Assembly (NCBI GenBank): GCA_028875575.1
Contig: JAPPDF010000084.1
Coordinates: 12,666 to 76,665, forward strand
Source: Acidobacteriota bacterium
GTDB taxonomy: Bacteria > Acidobacteriota > Terriglobia > Versatilivoradales > Versatilivoraceae
Length of the DNA stretch: 64,000 nt
Direction: 5' to 3'
Shown in pieces: positions 28,521-37,979 of this stretch (position 1 is the stretch's first letter; every line of letters begins with the position of its first letter). The notes below the pieces were generated by a model, which searched no databases, was not told where the DNA came from, and saw nothing but the letters and a program-made list of their open reading frames with translations. Both the position numbers and the translations under genes were made by a program.

Positions 28521-31055
28521 TTACCTGTCCTTCACATTCAGGCTGACTCTCACCATGGCCGCGGCCAATTTTCTGACATCCCTTCCACCGTCGATGGATT
28601 TGGGGGAGATGGCGTCGGGCAAGTCGAATTCGATCGTGACTCCCCTGGAGTCGACCAGTTCCTTTGGGATGGTCGCCTGCAACGTGTGAGTCTTTCTCTC
28701 AGTGGCTGTCCATTCACCGACCTTGTTTCTGTTGGCCAAAACACGGATGGTCTGCTTGGGCACCCGTTCTTCTCGCAGGAAGGGTCGAAGCACTGCCTGC
28801 AGGGTGAGATCCTTTTGAGGAACGGGCACTGGAATATGGAGGCTGGCGAGGTGTCCGCTGGTCCAGCGGAAGTTGTCCTCGGCCGATTTGCTCCACCCCC
28901 TGCCCATAAAGGCTTCAGCGTTGCCATTCCTTCCGAATCGGATCTCCGTCCCGTACCGATAGTCCGGCCAAGGATGCAGGCTGAGGGAACGCATCAATAT
29001 GGCCAATTGTCTCCTGTCTCCTCCGGCGCCAATCGACCTGGGCGAAACCGCATTGGGGAGATGGAATGCGATTTCTACGTCTGGAGAATGAATCAGTGCC
29101 TTTGGAATTACGGCTCGAAACTGGTGCACCTGCTGTTTACCGGCAGACCAGAGATCGATCTCTGTGCCATTGGCAAGGACGTGAATTTGTTGTTCCGGGA
29201 CCTCCGGTTTGATGTAGGGTCTGAGAGTGGCCTTCAAGAGAAGATCGTTTTCAGGTACAGCCAGCTTGATCTTCAAGCTCGAGTTGTGGCCATTGTTCCA
29301 GCAGCCGTTACTCATCGGCGAGCTCCACCCGAAGCCCAGAAAATCGTCCGCATTTCCCAACAGACCGAAGGTGATGTCGGTACCGAATTCGTACTGGGGT
29401 CTCGTTCTCAATACGGCAACAGGCTCGCCACCGTGGCATGCCGCCGGATCGAAAACGCTGCCTGTAATCAGGTACTTGGTGAGTTCCGGCTCTCCAGTGG
29501 ACGTGCGGTAGGTTACGAACGGACGACTTCGTGCCTCCCTGGGGGAGATTTCAAAAATGGGTCGTCCGGGAAACCCTCCATCGACTCCACTCGCTTTCAT
29601 GATGGTTGCCGCGATGTCCAGGAGAGAGGTTTGAGCCCTCGAAACCGTCAGGGCCCCCGAGCTTCCCGGGAGCTTCATCGTTAGCAGGGCGGCAAGCCGG
29701 GGGACACAGGTTTCGATCGTTTCCCCATCGATAACCGGAGGAATCTGGCTGCCGTGATCGCCCTGCAGAACAATGAGGGATGAATCGTAAAGATTCAATT
29801 CCTTGAGTCGATTCAACAACTTCAGAAAGAGTTTCAGGATTGCGCGCGCTTCGTTCCGATAATTTTCCCTGGTGTTGGGAAGGACCCGGCCGGCATAACT
29901 TCCGTCATCCCGCGTGACATAAGGAGGATGGGGCGGAATCAGGTGGAGGAAGTGATAGGCCGGTTGGGAATCGCCAACAAAAACATTTCCCGCATAATCG
30001 TTGAAGAACGCCTTTTTCTGGAAAGAAGAGACACTCCTGTGTCCGGCCACCAGCGGTGTGATCAACCAATTGTTGTCGTTGTAGACTCCATAGCGAGCCC
30101 AATGGGGAAGTTGCCGAAACAGCGCCACATCCATGAGGTGGGCGGCGCTGAGTTGAACCACATCCTCCGGCGAACCCATGTAAACGCGTGGAATGCGGTA
30201 GTAATTCGTGTACTTGCCATCCCGCATGGACTCCAAGGGAACCAGGTTCACTTTATATCCGTCATCGTGTAGACGGTTCTGAAAACCTTTGCGCACCGAT
30301 TCCCGGTAGTAGCTTCCCGGGAGTTGTTTCCCGTCAAAAATCTGACCGGAGAAGATGGCCGGTATCGAAAACGAAGTGTAGGGAGCAACCCCCATGTTGT
30401 CTTCGAACAGAACAAAGCCCTCCAGGTCGTCTTCCAGTTGTTGCTCGACCACCAGTTCCCGGAAAATGTCGGTTTGAAAGCTGTCCAGAATAATGTGAAC
30501 GATATTCCTTGAAGAGGAATAGTCCAGCAACTCGGCTGGAACCCGGTGCCGGGGAGTGTGCTCCTTCCACCACATTCCTCCTTCGGAAGTGAGGCTTAGG
30601 GCCAACATCAGAACCGATTGCAGACCAATCAGCGTCCAGCTGGCCTGTGAGGTGATCCTGATCAGGTGGTGTGAAAAACGCAGGCCGGCTGCCAGGACCA
30701 GGACCCATAGCGATGCATCCATCCAACCGCGCAAGCCAAACTGCGACCAATCGATTCCTCTCCCATCGAAGACTCCGTAGGTTCCCATCAGAAAACTTCC
30801 TTGAACCCAGAGTAGTAGGCCGAGGCAAAAGATTGTGCACGCGAGTCCCTTTAGGGCTCGGCTCGGTATCAGGAAGCCGATCAGAAGGAATGCGGTCGTA
30901 AGCAGAAGGCCGAATAGACCGTAAATGGGGAGAAGGCTCCCAAAGCCTACTTCAAACTCGTCGAGATTTCCCCGGTAGACGGAAAAAGTCCCGAAAACAA
31001 GTAGATTGGCGGAAACCAATAGAGAGGGTGGCAATACTTGTTTCAGCCTGTACAT
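28521..31055 (-). CDS. Membrane-anchored sulfatase / LTA-synthase-family protein with two C-terminal ~95-aa repeat domains
   Basis: N-terminal multi-TM, then sulfatase-fold motifs (NIVHIILDSFQTD, LQGDHGS). Tandem C-terminal repeats LKATLRPYIKPEVPEQQIHVLANG... and LQAVLRPFLREERVPKQTIRVLANRN... Confidence 0.75.
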   Translation of the reverse strand: MYRLKQVLPPSLLVSANLLVFGTFSVYRGNLDEFEVGFGSLLPIYGLFGLLLTTAFLLIGFLIPSRALKGLACTIFCLGLLLWVQGSFLMGTYGVFDGRGIDWSQFGLRGWMDASLWVLVLAAGLRFSHHLIRITSQASWTLIGLQSVLMLALSLTSEGGMWWKEHTPRHRVPAELLDYSSSRNIVHIILDSFQTDIFRELVVEQQLEDDLEGFVLFEDNMGVAPYTSFSIPAIFSGQIFDGKQLPGSYYRESVRKGFQNRLHDDGYKVNLVPLESMRDGKYTNYYRIPRVYMGSPEDVVQLSAAHLMDVALFRQLPHWARYGVYNDNNWLITPLVAGHRSVSSFQKKAFFNDYAGNVFVGDSQPAYHFLHLIPPHPPYVTRDDGSYAGRVLPNTRENYRNEARAILKLFLKLLNRLKELNLYDSSLIVLQGDHGSQIPPVIDGETIETCVPRLAALLTMKLPGSSGALTVSRAQTSLLDIAATIMKASGVDGGFPGRPIFEISPREARSRPFVTYRTSTGEPELTKYLITGSVFDPAACHGGEPVAVLRTRPQYEFGTDITFGLLGNADDFLGFGWSSPMSNGCWNNGHNSSLKIKLAVPENDLLLKATLRPYIKPEVPEQQIHVLANGTEIDLWSAGKQQVHQFRAVIPKALIHSPDVEIAFHLPNAVSPRSIGAGGDRRQLAILMRSLSLHPWPDYRYGTEIRFGRNGNAEAFMGRGWSKSAEDNFRWTSGHLASLHIPVPVPQKDLTLQAVLRPFLREERVPKQTIRVLANRNKVGEWTATERKTHTLQATIPKELVDSRGVTIEFDLPDAISPKSIDGGRDVRKLAAAMVRVSLNVKDR

Positions 31056-31342
31056 TGGTCAGTAGGATTGCGCCCCTTACCGGACTTGACTCCCACTTGC
31101 CGGGAGAAGGCTCTGAGAGACAGGTACAGAGCAGACGCAAATACAATGTCGAGAGGGCGGGACTTCAATCGGATCTTCCATCCTGGGTCGGGTCTTCTCC
31201 ACCAAGTCAATGACTCTCCAATCACAGAAAGCCCTCGCGGGTCGAGGCGATCATTGACTCCCTCACTTTCCTGGAAGAGGGGAATTTCCGAGGCCGGCCA
31301 AGACAGAGGGATACCGGTGCTTGAGGGGCCGCACCAGTCAGT

Positions 31343-33547
31343 TCAGGGTTCATGGCCGTCGTGCAACGTGATATCCCGAAAGCGGCCACCCAGCGTGCGG
31401 ACATCACGATTCATTCCTATTTCCTTGGGGGAGGTCGCATACGGAAACTTGAATTCGATCACGATTTCCTCGTCCTGGAAATGAGTTGCGGGAACAGCGA
31501 GGGAATGGGTGCGCAACCGTTTCTCGGTCAGCGTCCATTCACCCACGGGATTGTCATTGATTTGGATCAGCACGCGCTGGCGTGGGACCTTGTCCGGCAC
31601 AACGAAGGGGCGCAGTGTCGCGCTCAGGAGTACAGTGTCGCTGTTGGGAGGATCCACCTCCAACCCCAGTCTTGCGGCCTTGGCTCCTGTCCAGGTTCCG
31701 CCTTTATTGGGTCTGCTCCATCCATCCAGCAGAAATCGAAAAACGTTGCCCGTTCTCCCAAACCTGAGCACAGTACCCCAATGGTACTCTCGGCTAGAGT
31801 ACGCGGTCGGCTTGGGGTAGAGCCTTCCTTTTCGCCAGGAGGATTCCTGAAAAACGCTGCCCGAAATGACGTATTCCTGCAAGTATTCGAAAAATCCGGT
31901 CTTTGCAGCGCGATTCCGCTTAGACCCCGGGAGGTAGAATCTTCGCTGCCTCTCCTCTCCAGTATTTACTGCAAAAACGCTCTTGCCGCCAAAGTGCTCG
32001 GGCAAACCCAGCAGCGCAGCGACCGTTGCGGAGAAGTCATTGAGCTCAACCTGCGCCTCGGACACTTTTAACGGCTCCCGACTTTGCGCAGGCTTTGCCA
32101 GAAACAACGGCAAAAGGCTTCCCCATACCTGAAGATCGGATTTCATACTGTCAATCCACCGACCCGAATCGGCTGCTTGCATCTTAAACGAAAGTCCACC
32201 TCCATGGTCCGACTGAATGATGATCGTGGAGTCATCGTAGATTGCTAGGGCCCGAAGTTTGTCAAGGAAGGTGACGATCCTGTCGAGAGTATAGGCGGAC
32301 TGCCGTTTGTAGTTCTCCCGGGTTTTTTTCAAGGGAATCCTGCTTGGCAGGTTTCCATCGGCAACCACCAGCGGAGGATGGGGTGTAATGAGGTGAATAT
32401 ACTTGTAGACAGGTCCGTCTCTCCCCAGCGATGACTCTTCGGTGAAATGTCGGAGAAACTCATTCGAGGAAAAGTGTTTAAACTCCAGGCCCGACAGTTC
32501 CAGCATCATCGATGATATCGACCAGGCCTGTTGGTTATAAATCACTCTCTTGATGAAATGGGGGGCGGCTCGAAACAGAGACAAGTCCAACATAAAAGCG
32601 GCTTGCCATCTTTCCGTTTCCTCCTTTCCCCGGAAGGGTCGGCGGATATGAAAATAGGTCCCTTTTGGATAAAAGTTCAGCGAAAAATCCGTAGCCGAAG
32701 CGATATCGACCTGATAGCCGGCATCTGCCAGAACCTTGACTACATTTTTACCATCCAGTGCCTCTTGCTTGAATTTCCACACGGGAATGTGATTTCGGTA
32801 TGTCGCCCCGGTCATGAATGAAGGAACGCTCAAGTAGGTTACCGTCGACGAGGTGGTGGCTTCCTTGAAAAAGGTGAATCCCTGCAGGGCATCCCGATAA
32901 CGTTTGGAGTCCCTGACCATCTCTTCGAAGATGTCCGACTGAAACCCGTCCAAGACGATATGAATCAAATTCTTGGTGACTGAGAACCGGAAGAGCTTTT
33001 CGGGCGGATCCAAGTGGGTAATCGAGCGCCCGAGCTTTTCACCCGATTCGGCTCGTGGATCGGATTCCATTAACCACAGCGATCCCAACTGGACCGCGAA
33101 CAGAAACAGGCAGAGTAGCTGAACCACCGGAAAGAGCCGCCGCCGCCAGTAGACGGCAGCCACAAGGACCGCCACCCATATTGGGGTGTCCACATAGCCC
33201 TTCCACGCTTCCCGCGGCCAGTCTATGAATGTTCCATCCAGCGGGCCGTAACCCCATAGAAGGACATCGCTTTGCAACCACAAAAGAGCGCCAATCGCAG
33301 CGAGAACCGCGATGTAGCATTGGCCTGGCCCTCGTGGCAGAGCCAGGCCAAGACCAACGAGGATGGCCATGGACGCCAGGAACGGCATGAAATAAAGCGC
33401 GATGAGAGTGACAAACGCCACTCTCATCTCTGCTGCATTGGTGATGTAGATCGTGAGAGGACAGAAGAGGAATATCTTGAAGTTGATCCAGCCAACGACG
33501 AGTATCAAGGGAATTGCTGCGTGTCCTCGATCAGAAATCATGAGCAC
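31343..33547 (-). CDS. Membrane-anchored sulfatase / LTA-synthase-family protein (paralog) with one C-terminal repeat domain
   Basis: Multi-TM N-terminus. NLIHIVLDGFQSDIF and IIQSDHGG motifs. C-terminal LSATLRPFVVPDKVPRQRVLIQINDN... is homologous to the repeats in the neighbouring paralog. Confidence 0.75.
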   Translation of the reverse strand: MLMISDRGHAAIPLILVVGWINFKIFLFCPLTIYITNAAEMRVAFVTLIALYFMPFLASMAILVGLGLALPRGPGQCYIAVLAAIGALLWLQSDVLLWGYGPLDGTFIDWPREAWKGYVDTPIWVAVLVAAVYWRRRLFPVVQLLCLFLFAVQLGSLWLMESDPRAESGEKLGRSITHLDPPEKLFRFSVTKNLIHIVLDGFQSDIFEEMVRDSKRYRDALQGFTFFKEATTSSTVTYLSVPSFMTGATYRNHIPVWKFKQEALDGKNVVKVLADAGYQVDIASATDFSLNFYPKGTYFHIRRPFRGKEETERWQAAFMLDLSLFRAAPHFIKRVIYNQQAWSISSMMLELSGLEFKHFSSNEFLRHFTEESSLGRDGPVYKYIHLITPHPPLVVADGNLPSRIPLKKTRENYKRQSAYTLDRIVTFLDKLRALAIYDDSTIIIQSDHGGGLSFKMQAADSGRWIDSMKSDLQVWGSLLPLFLAKPAQSREPLKVSEAQVELNDFSATVAALLGLPEHFGGKSVFAVNTGEERQRRFYLPGSKRNRAAKTGFFEYLQEYVISGSVFQESSWRKGRLYPKPTAYSSREYHWGTVLRFGRTGNVFRFLLDGWSRPNKGGTWTGAKAARLGLEVDPPNSDTVLLSATLRPFVVPDKVPRQRVLIQINDNPVGEWTLTEKRLRTHSLAVPATHFQDEEIVIEFKFPYATSPKEIGMNRDVRTLGGRFRDITLHDGHEP

Positions 33548-33645
33548 GTTCCTGGGACGGGCGAAAGTCCTACGGATAATCTATTGTCGAAGGGTTTTCA
33601 ATCAGTGGGTGGCTCCGGAACACAACTTGAAAAGACTGACTGAAG

Positions 33646-35643
33646 TTACTCCTTGCGGAAGAATACTCTCACCCGAGAGAGGTCCAACAAAGAAGTATCG
33701 TAGTCGTAGCGGTCCAGGTGACCGACAATCTGCTGCATGGCCTCTGCCGGTGACGGACCATCCGCACATGGTCTTGTGTGACCCTTGACCTTCCACACGT
33801 TTAACACGTTCCTGCGCAACCGGAACTCGAAAGCCGTGTCACATTGAACCAGCGACACACTGCCGAGCGAAAAGAATGGAGGAACAATGTGGGAAGGGGT
33901 TATCTGCCTGCGGGCTATCACCCCGGTGCCATGTATCCGGTCTGCTGCGAAATTGGTGCGCTCGTGATTCGGGTCCTTCCCGATCAAGGATTGCCCCGTC
34001 ATCCATCCGGGACGATCCATCCCCAGGTAGTCGAGCAGGGTAGGAGCAATATCGAGGTTTTGAGAATTGGAAGACACTCGACGTCTTCGGTCATCGGTTG
34101 GAAACAGAAACATCAAGGGAATCCGTTTCCTGTTCGCATGCTTGATGCCGTGATCTGACGTGATCACCACGATGGTGTCCTGTAACAGGTTCCGGTCAGC
34201 CAAGCCGTCGAGAATTTTCTTCACGTGGGTATCAAACTGCAAAATGGCATCGTCATAGAAATCCGTCATCCAAGGTTCATCCTGTGTCTTGCCCTCGGAG
34301 TAAACGCGCCGGACAGGTCTGAATTTCGGCCCATGGGTTCCCAGCATGTGGAGGTAGACGAAGAAGGGCCCCTCTCCCTCGGCCAACCACCGCCAGAGTT
34401 GGACGATTCGCTCCGTATCGCCTCGTGACTGGTAGGGGACGTGAACAAGCTGATCGAACGCGTCACTCATCCGCTCAACATCGAAGACGTGCAGGAGCCG
34501 GCTCTCGATCCGGTCACGAATCTGGGTCAGGAAATAGGCGGCCCCCTGTCCAATGGCATCAGTGAACCACTCCGGCAGCAGGAATCCCTTCAGTTCTCGA
34601 TCATTGGCCCAGTCGAAGGAATGACGCATGTTGAGATCATAGGCATCGGCATAGTAGCGAAGGCCGATGTTTGCGCTGCGGTATCCAAGGGTTTTCAGGA
34701 TTGCCGGCAGGTGCTGGTAGGCGTCCTTTCCCCTCAGGATATCGGGTGGATAAATGAGGCGCGTCTCGGTGGGGAGCTTCCCCGTCAAAATGGAAGCTAC
34801 GGAAGCGGCCGAGGGTCCCGCATTGGGGAAGTTGTTCTCGCAAAGCAGCGATCTGTCGGCCAGTTGCCTGAGGTAAGGGGTCGTGTCCCTGTCGTAACCA
34901 TACAGCGACATATGCTCGGCCTCAACACCGTCTCCGACGATCAGGAGTATGTTGGGCAGCACTCCGTTCTTCACGTGTGGGCCGACCGGCGTGGACGCTG
35001 ATACTTTGTGAGTCCCCAGGTAGAGGGTCCCAACCAGCGTGATCGAAGCCATTGCGGCGCATGCGACGCCGAGCGAGCGACCGAGCCCGTGACGTGAAAT
35101 GGTCCGTATTGCCTGCCAAGTCAGGGTGTAGACCGCCACTGCAATCAACACGAGCAGAGCCTGATACCCGAGCAACCCCTTGGCCTCGACATGCCTGATA
35201 CCCCAGCCCAGCACCGTCAAGGTGAAGTTGTCGACCATCAGAAAGGCAGCCAGAGCCAGCACCCAGCACGGAAGCAGGAGGCTCACGGGGACCCATAGAG
35301 CGCGGACGGGGCCGGGAACCTGGAAGCCGGCCAACGCGGAGCCGTATCCAAGCAAGGCCCCGACCATCCAGTACAACACCAGGGGTGCGACCGTCGCCAC
35401 CAGCACTGGGCCGGAAGAAACCGCGAGAATGAGCAGGGACTCGGACAAGGGCAGCGAAGACATGAAAGAAGGCTTGGTGACAAAGAATAGCCATTCCATG
35501 AAAACGTAGAAATACACGGCCAGGAATGTGAGTCCGAAGACTCGTCCCAAAGATGCGGGCCCCAGGACTTCCGTCCATGAGTCCCGGAAGGGCTTTGAAG
35601 CAACCACGACCTGTTTACGCCATTCCCCACGAATCATTGACAA
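33646..35643 (-). CDS. Membrane-anchored sulfatase-family protein (alkaline phosphatase superfamily)
   Basis: Multi-TM N-terminus. NILLIVGDGVEAEHMSLYGY, TGKLPTE and VITSDHG motifs. It is the first gene of a three-gene minus-strand operon. Confidence 0.75.
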   Translation of the reverse strand: MSMIRGEWRKQVVVASKPFRDSWTEVLGPASLGRVFGLTFLAVYFYVFMEWLFFVTKPSFMSSLPLSESLLILAVSSGPVLVATVAPLVLYWMVGALLGYGSALAGFQVPGPVRALWVPVSLLLPCWVLALAAFLMVDNFTLTVLGWGIRHVEAKGLLGYQALLVLIAVAVYTLTWQAIRTISRHGLGRSLGVACAAMASITLVGTLYLGTHKVSASTPVGPHVKNGVLPNILLIVGDGVEAEHMSLYGYDRDTTPYLRQLADRSLLCENNFPNAGPSAASVASILTGKLPTETRLIYPPDILRGKDAYQHLPAILKTLGYRSANIGLRYYADAYDLNMRHSFDWANDRELKGFLLPEWFTDAIGQGAAYFLTQIRDRIESRLLHVFDVERMSDAFDQLVHVPYQSRGDTERIVQLWRWLAEGEGPFFVYLHMLGTHGPKFRPVRRVYSEGKTQDEPWMTDFYDDAILQFDTHVKKILDGLADRNLLQDTIVVITSDHGIKHANRKRIPLMFLFPTDDRRRRVSSNSQNLDIAPTLLDYLGMDRPGWMTGQSLIGKDPNHERTNFAADRIHGTGVIARRQITPSHIVPPFFSLGSVSLVQCDTAFEFRLRRNVLNVWKVKGHTRPCADGPSPAEAMQQIVGHLDRYDYDTSLLDLSRVRVFFRKE

Positions 35644-35940
35644 ACCATTCCATCCCCGGCGGGCGGATCAGTCGAGATTCCGAGTTGACTCATTGAAACG
35701 GTCCCGGCTCAAATTTCGAAAAAAACAGGGTGGCAGGCCGGAAATGCTCTCCACAAAAGGGAAACAGTGTAGTCTCGGGGGGCTTGATTATCAAGGGTGG
35801 CCAGTCAGGTGACAGCCGCCCTCGCGCCCGGCTGCTCCAGACGTGGCGTCATCCTTTCCAGGGATGCCCGGGAACAGTGCTCGGGCCATGTGCTATAGTC
35901 ACGCCAGCGGTCGTCCAAAAGGAAATCCCCGCTCATCTAC

Positions 35941-36279
35941 ATGCCCACCCTCAAGATCCTGCCGGAAGCGCGAATCAGTCAGGTGGCCAGTGGCACCAGT
36001 CTGCTTGAGGCCAGTCTGACGGCGGGTGTCGAGCTGCCCCAGTCCTGCGGCGGCCGGGCCTCCTGCACCACCTGCCGGGTGCTGGTCAAAGAAGGCTCGG
36101 CCGGACTTTCCCCTCTCCGGCTGGCGGAACGGGAGATGCTGGCCGAATCGGGTCTGTTGGGCAGCTACCGTCTGGCCTGCCAGGCCAGGGTTATGGGTGA
36201 CGTGGTGGTGGAGCGGCCCCCATGGCCCTGGCTCGAGGGCGTCCATCCCACGACGGGCGAAGGGATGTGCCGTGAGTGA
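35941..36279 (+). CDS. 2Fe-2S ferredoxin
   Basis: CGGRASCTTC...C cysteine pattern of plant-type 2Fe-2S ferredoxin. AAAGGAAA RBS. Overlaps the downstream ETF-QO start. Confidence 0.8.
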   Translation: MPTLKILPEARISQVASGTSLLEASLTAGVELPQSCGGRASCTTCRVLVKEGSAGLSPLRLAEREMLAESGLLGSYRLACQARVMGDVVVERPPWPWLEGVHPTTGEGMCRE

Positions 36280-37954
36280 GTCCCGCGAGCGGTTGGAGGT
36301 CGACGTTCTCTTCGTAGGGGCCGGTCCCGCCTGTCTGACTGGAGCCCTCCACCTCACCGATCTGATCCGGGCCCACAACCGAATGTCCTCTCCCGGCGAA
36401 CGGCTGGAGTCGGTCAGCATCGCCCTCATCGAGAAGGGCCGCGAAGTTGGAGCTCACAGCCTGTCTGGGGCCATCTTGGACCCCATCGCGCTGGCCGAGC
36501 TGATCCCCGACTACCGGGAGCTGAATGCTCCCCTGGGTCCGGCGGTCAGCGGGGATTCCCTCTACTACCTCACCGCGGGGAACCGGTTCCGGCTACCCTG
36601 GGTGCCTCCTCCGCTCAACAACCACGGCAACAGCCTGATTTCGCTCAGCCGGTTTGTCAGGTGGCTGGGGGAGCTGGTGGAAGCCCGAGGGGTCGATCTC
36701 TTCGCCGGTTTCGCCGGGACGGAGCTGCTGTTCGAGGGCGAGCGCTTGATCGGCGTGCGCACCGGCGACAAGGGCATCGACCGGGAAAACCGGCCCAAGT
36801 CCTCCTGGGAGCCCGGTGTCGACATCCTGGCCAAGGTGGTGGTGCTGGGTGAAGGGGTCCACGGTTCGCTGGCCGGGCAAGCGGTGAAGCGCCTCGGGCT
36901 GGATCGGGGCAAGGCTCCTCAGGTCTACGGCGTCGGCGTGAAGGAGGTCTGGGAGCTCCCCGAAGAATCCCCGGACAAGGGGCAGGTGATCCACACCCTG
37001 GGCTACCCCCTCAGGCAGGAGGAATTCGGGGGAGGCTTCCTCTACCACATGGGCCGCACCATCTCGCTGGGTCTGGTGGTGGGACTGGACTACAGGGACC
37101 CGTTCCTGGATCCGCATCGGCAGTTCCAGCGCTTCAAGGCCCATCCTCTGATCGCCTCCCGGCTGGCGGGAGCCCGGCTGGCCGCCTACGGAGCCAAGGC
37201 CCTGCCGGAGGGTGGCCATTACGCCATGCCGCGGAGCTGTTTCGACGGTGGGCTGATCATCGGCGACTCGGCGGGCCTGGTGAACTCCATGCGGCTCAAG
37301 GGTATCCACCTGGCCATGAAGTCGGGCATGCTGGCTGCCGAGACGATTCTCGAGGCCCTGCGTCGGGATGACTATTCGGAACGGACACTGAGCCGGTACC
37401 CCCAGTTGTTGGGCAAGAGTTGGGCGGGGCGGGAACTCTACCGGGTGCGCAACTTCCACCAGGGGTTTGAGCGCGGCCTGGTTTGGGGACTGCTCCAGGC
37501 GGGGCTGCAGATGGCGACGGGAGGACGGGGCTGGAAGGATCCGCTCCCGAGTCGGCCCGGCCACCGGCGAATGCGGCCCGTCGCCGCCTACCACGGCGCC
37601 GGCGCGGTTCCTCCGGGTCCACTGCAGGCAGACGGCAAGACCACCTTCGACAAGCTCACCAACGTCTATTATTCCGGCACAAGGCACGAGGAAGACCAAC
37701 CCTCCCACCTGCGAATCAGCGACCCCGGGATCTGTCAGGAGCGGTGTCCGCAGGAGTTCGGAAGCCCCTGCCAGCGTTTCTGTCCGGCCAACGTCTACGA
37801 GGTCGTTCCCCGCGAGGACGGCAAAGGACGCCGGCTCCAGATCAATCCCTCCAACTGCGTCCACTGCAAGACCTGCGACATCATGGATCCCTACCAGGTA
37901 ATCACGTGGGTGCCTCCCGAGGGCGGCGGCGGTCCCAACTACGTCATCCTCTGA
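36272..37954 (+). CDS. Electron-transfer flavoprotein:ubiquinone oxidoreductase (ETF-QO, FixC-like)
   Basis: FAD motif VLFVGAGPACL. C-terminal 4Fe-4S cysteines CQERCP...CPANVY...CVHCKTCD. GTG at 36272 overlaps the ferredoxin stop. The ORF is open further upstream. Confidence 0.85.
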   Translation: MSESRERLEVDVLFVGAGPACLTGALHLTDLIRAHNRMSSPGERLESVSIALIEKGREVGAHSLSGAILDPIALAELIPDYRELNAPLGPAVSGDSLYYLTAGNRFRLPWVPPPLNNHGNSLISLSRFVRWLGELVEARGVDLFAGFAGTELLFEGERLIGVRTGDKGIDRENRPKSSWEPGVDILAKVVVLGEGVHGSLAGQAVKRLGLDRGKAPQVYGVGVKEVWELPEESPDKGQVIHTLGYPLRQEEFGGGFLYHMGRTISLGLVVGLDYRDPFLDPHRQFQRFKAHPLIASRLAGARLAAYGAKALPEGGHYAMPRSCFDGGLIIGDSAGLVNSMRLKGIHLAMKSGMLAAETILEALRRDDYSERTLSRYPQLLGKSWAGRELYRVRNFHQGFERGLVWGLLQAGLQMATGGRGWKDPLPSRPGHRRMRPVAAYHGAGAVPPGPLQADGKTTFDKLTNVYYSGTRHEEDQPSHLRISDPGICQERCPQEFGSPCQRFCPANVYEVVPREDGKGRRLQINPSNCVHCKTCDIMDPYQVITWVPPEGGGGPNYVIL

Positions 37955-37979
37955 AGCGCGTCTTCCTGTCCCCTTTCCT

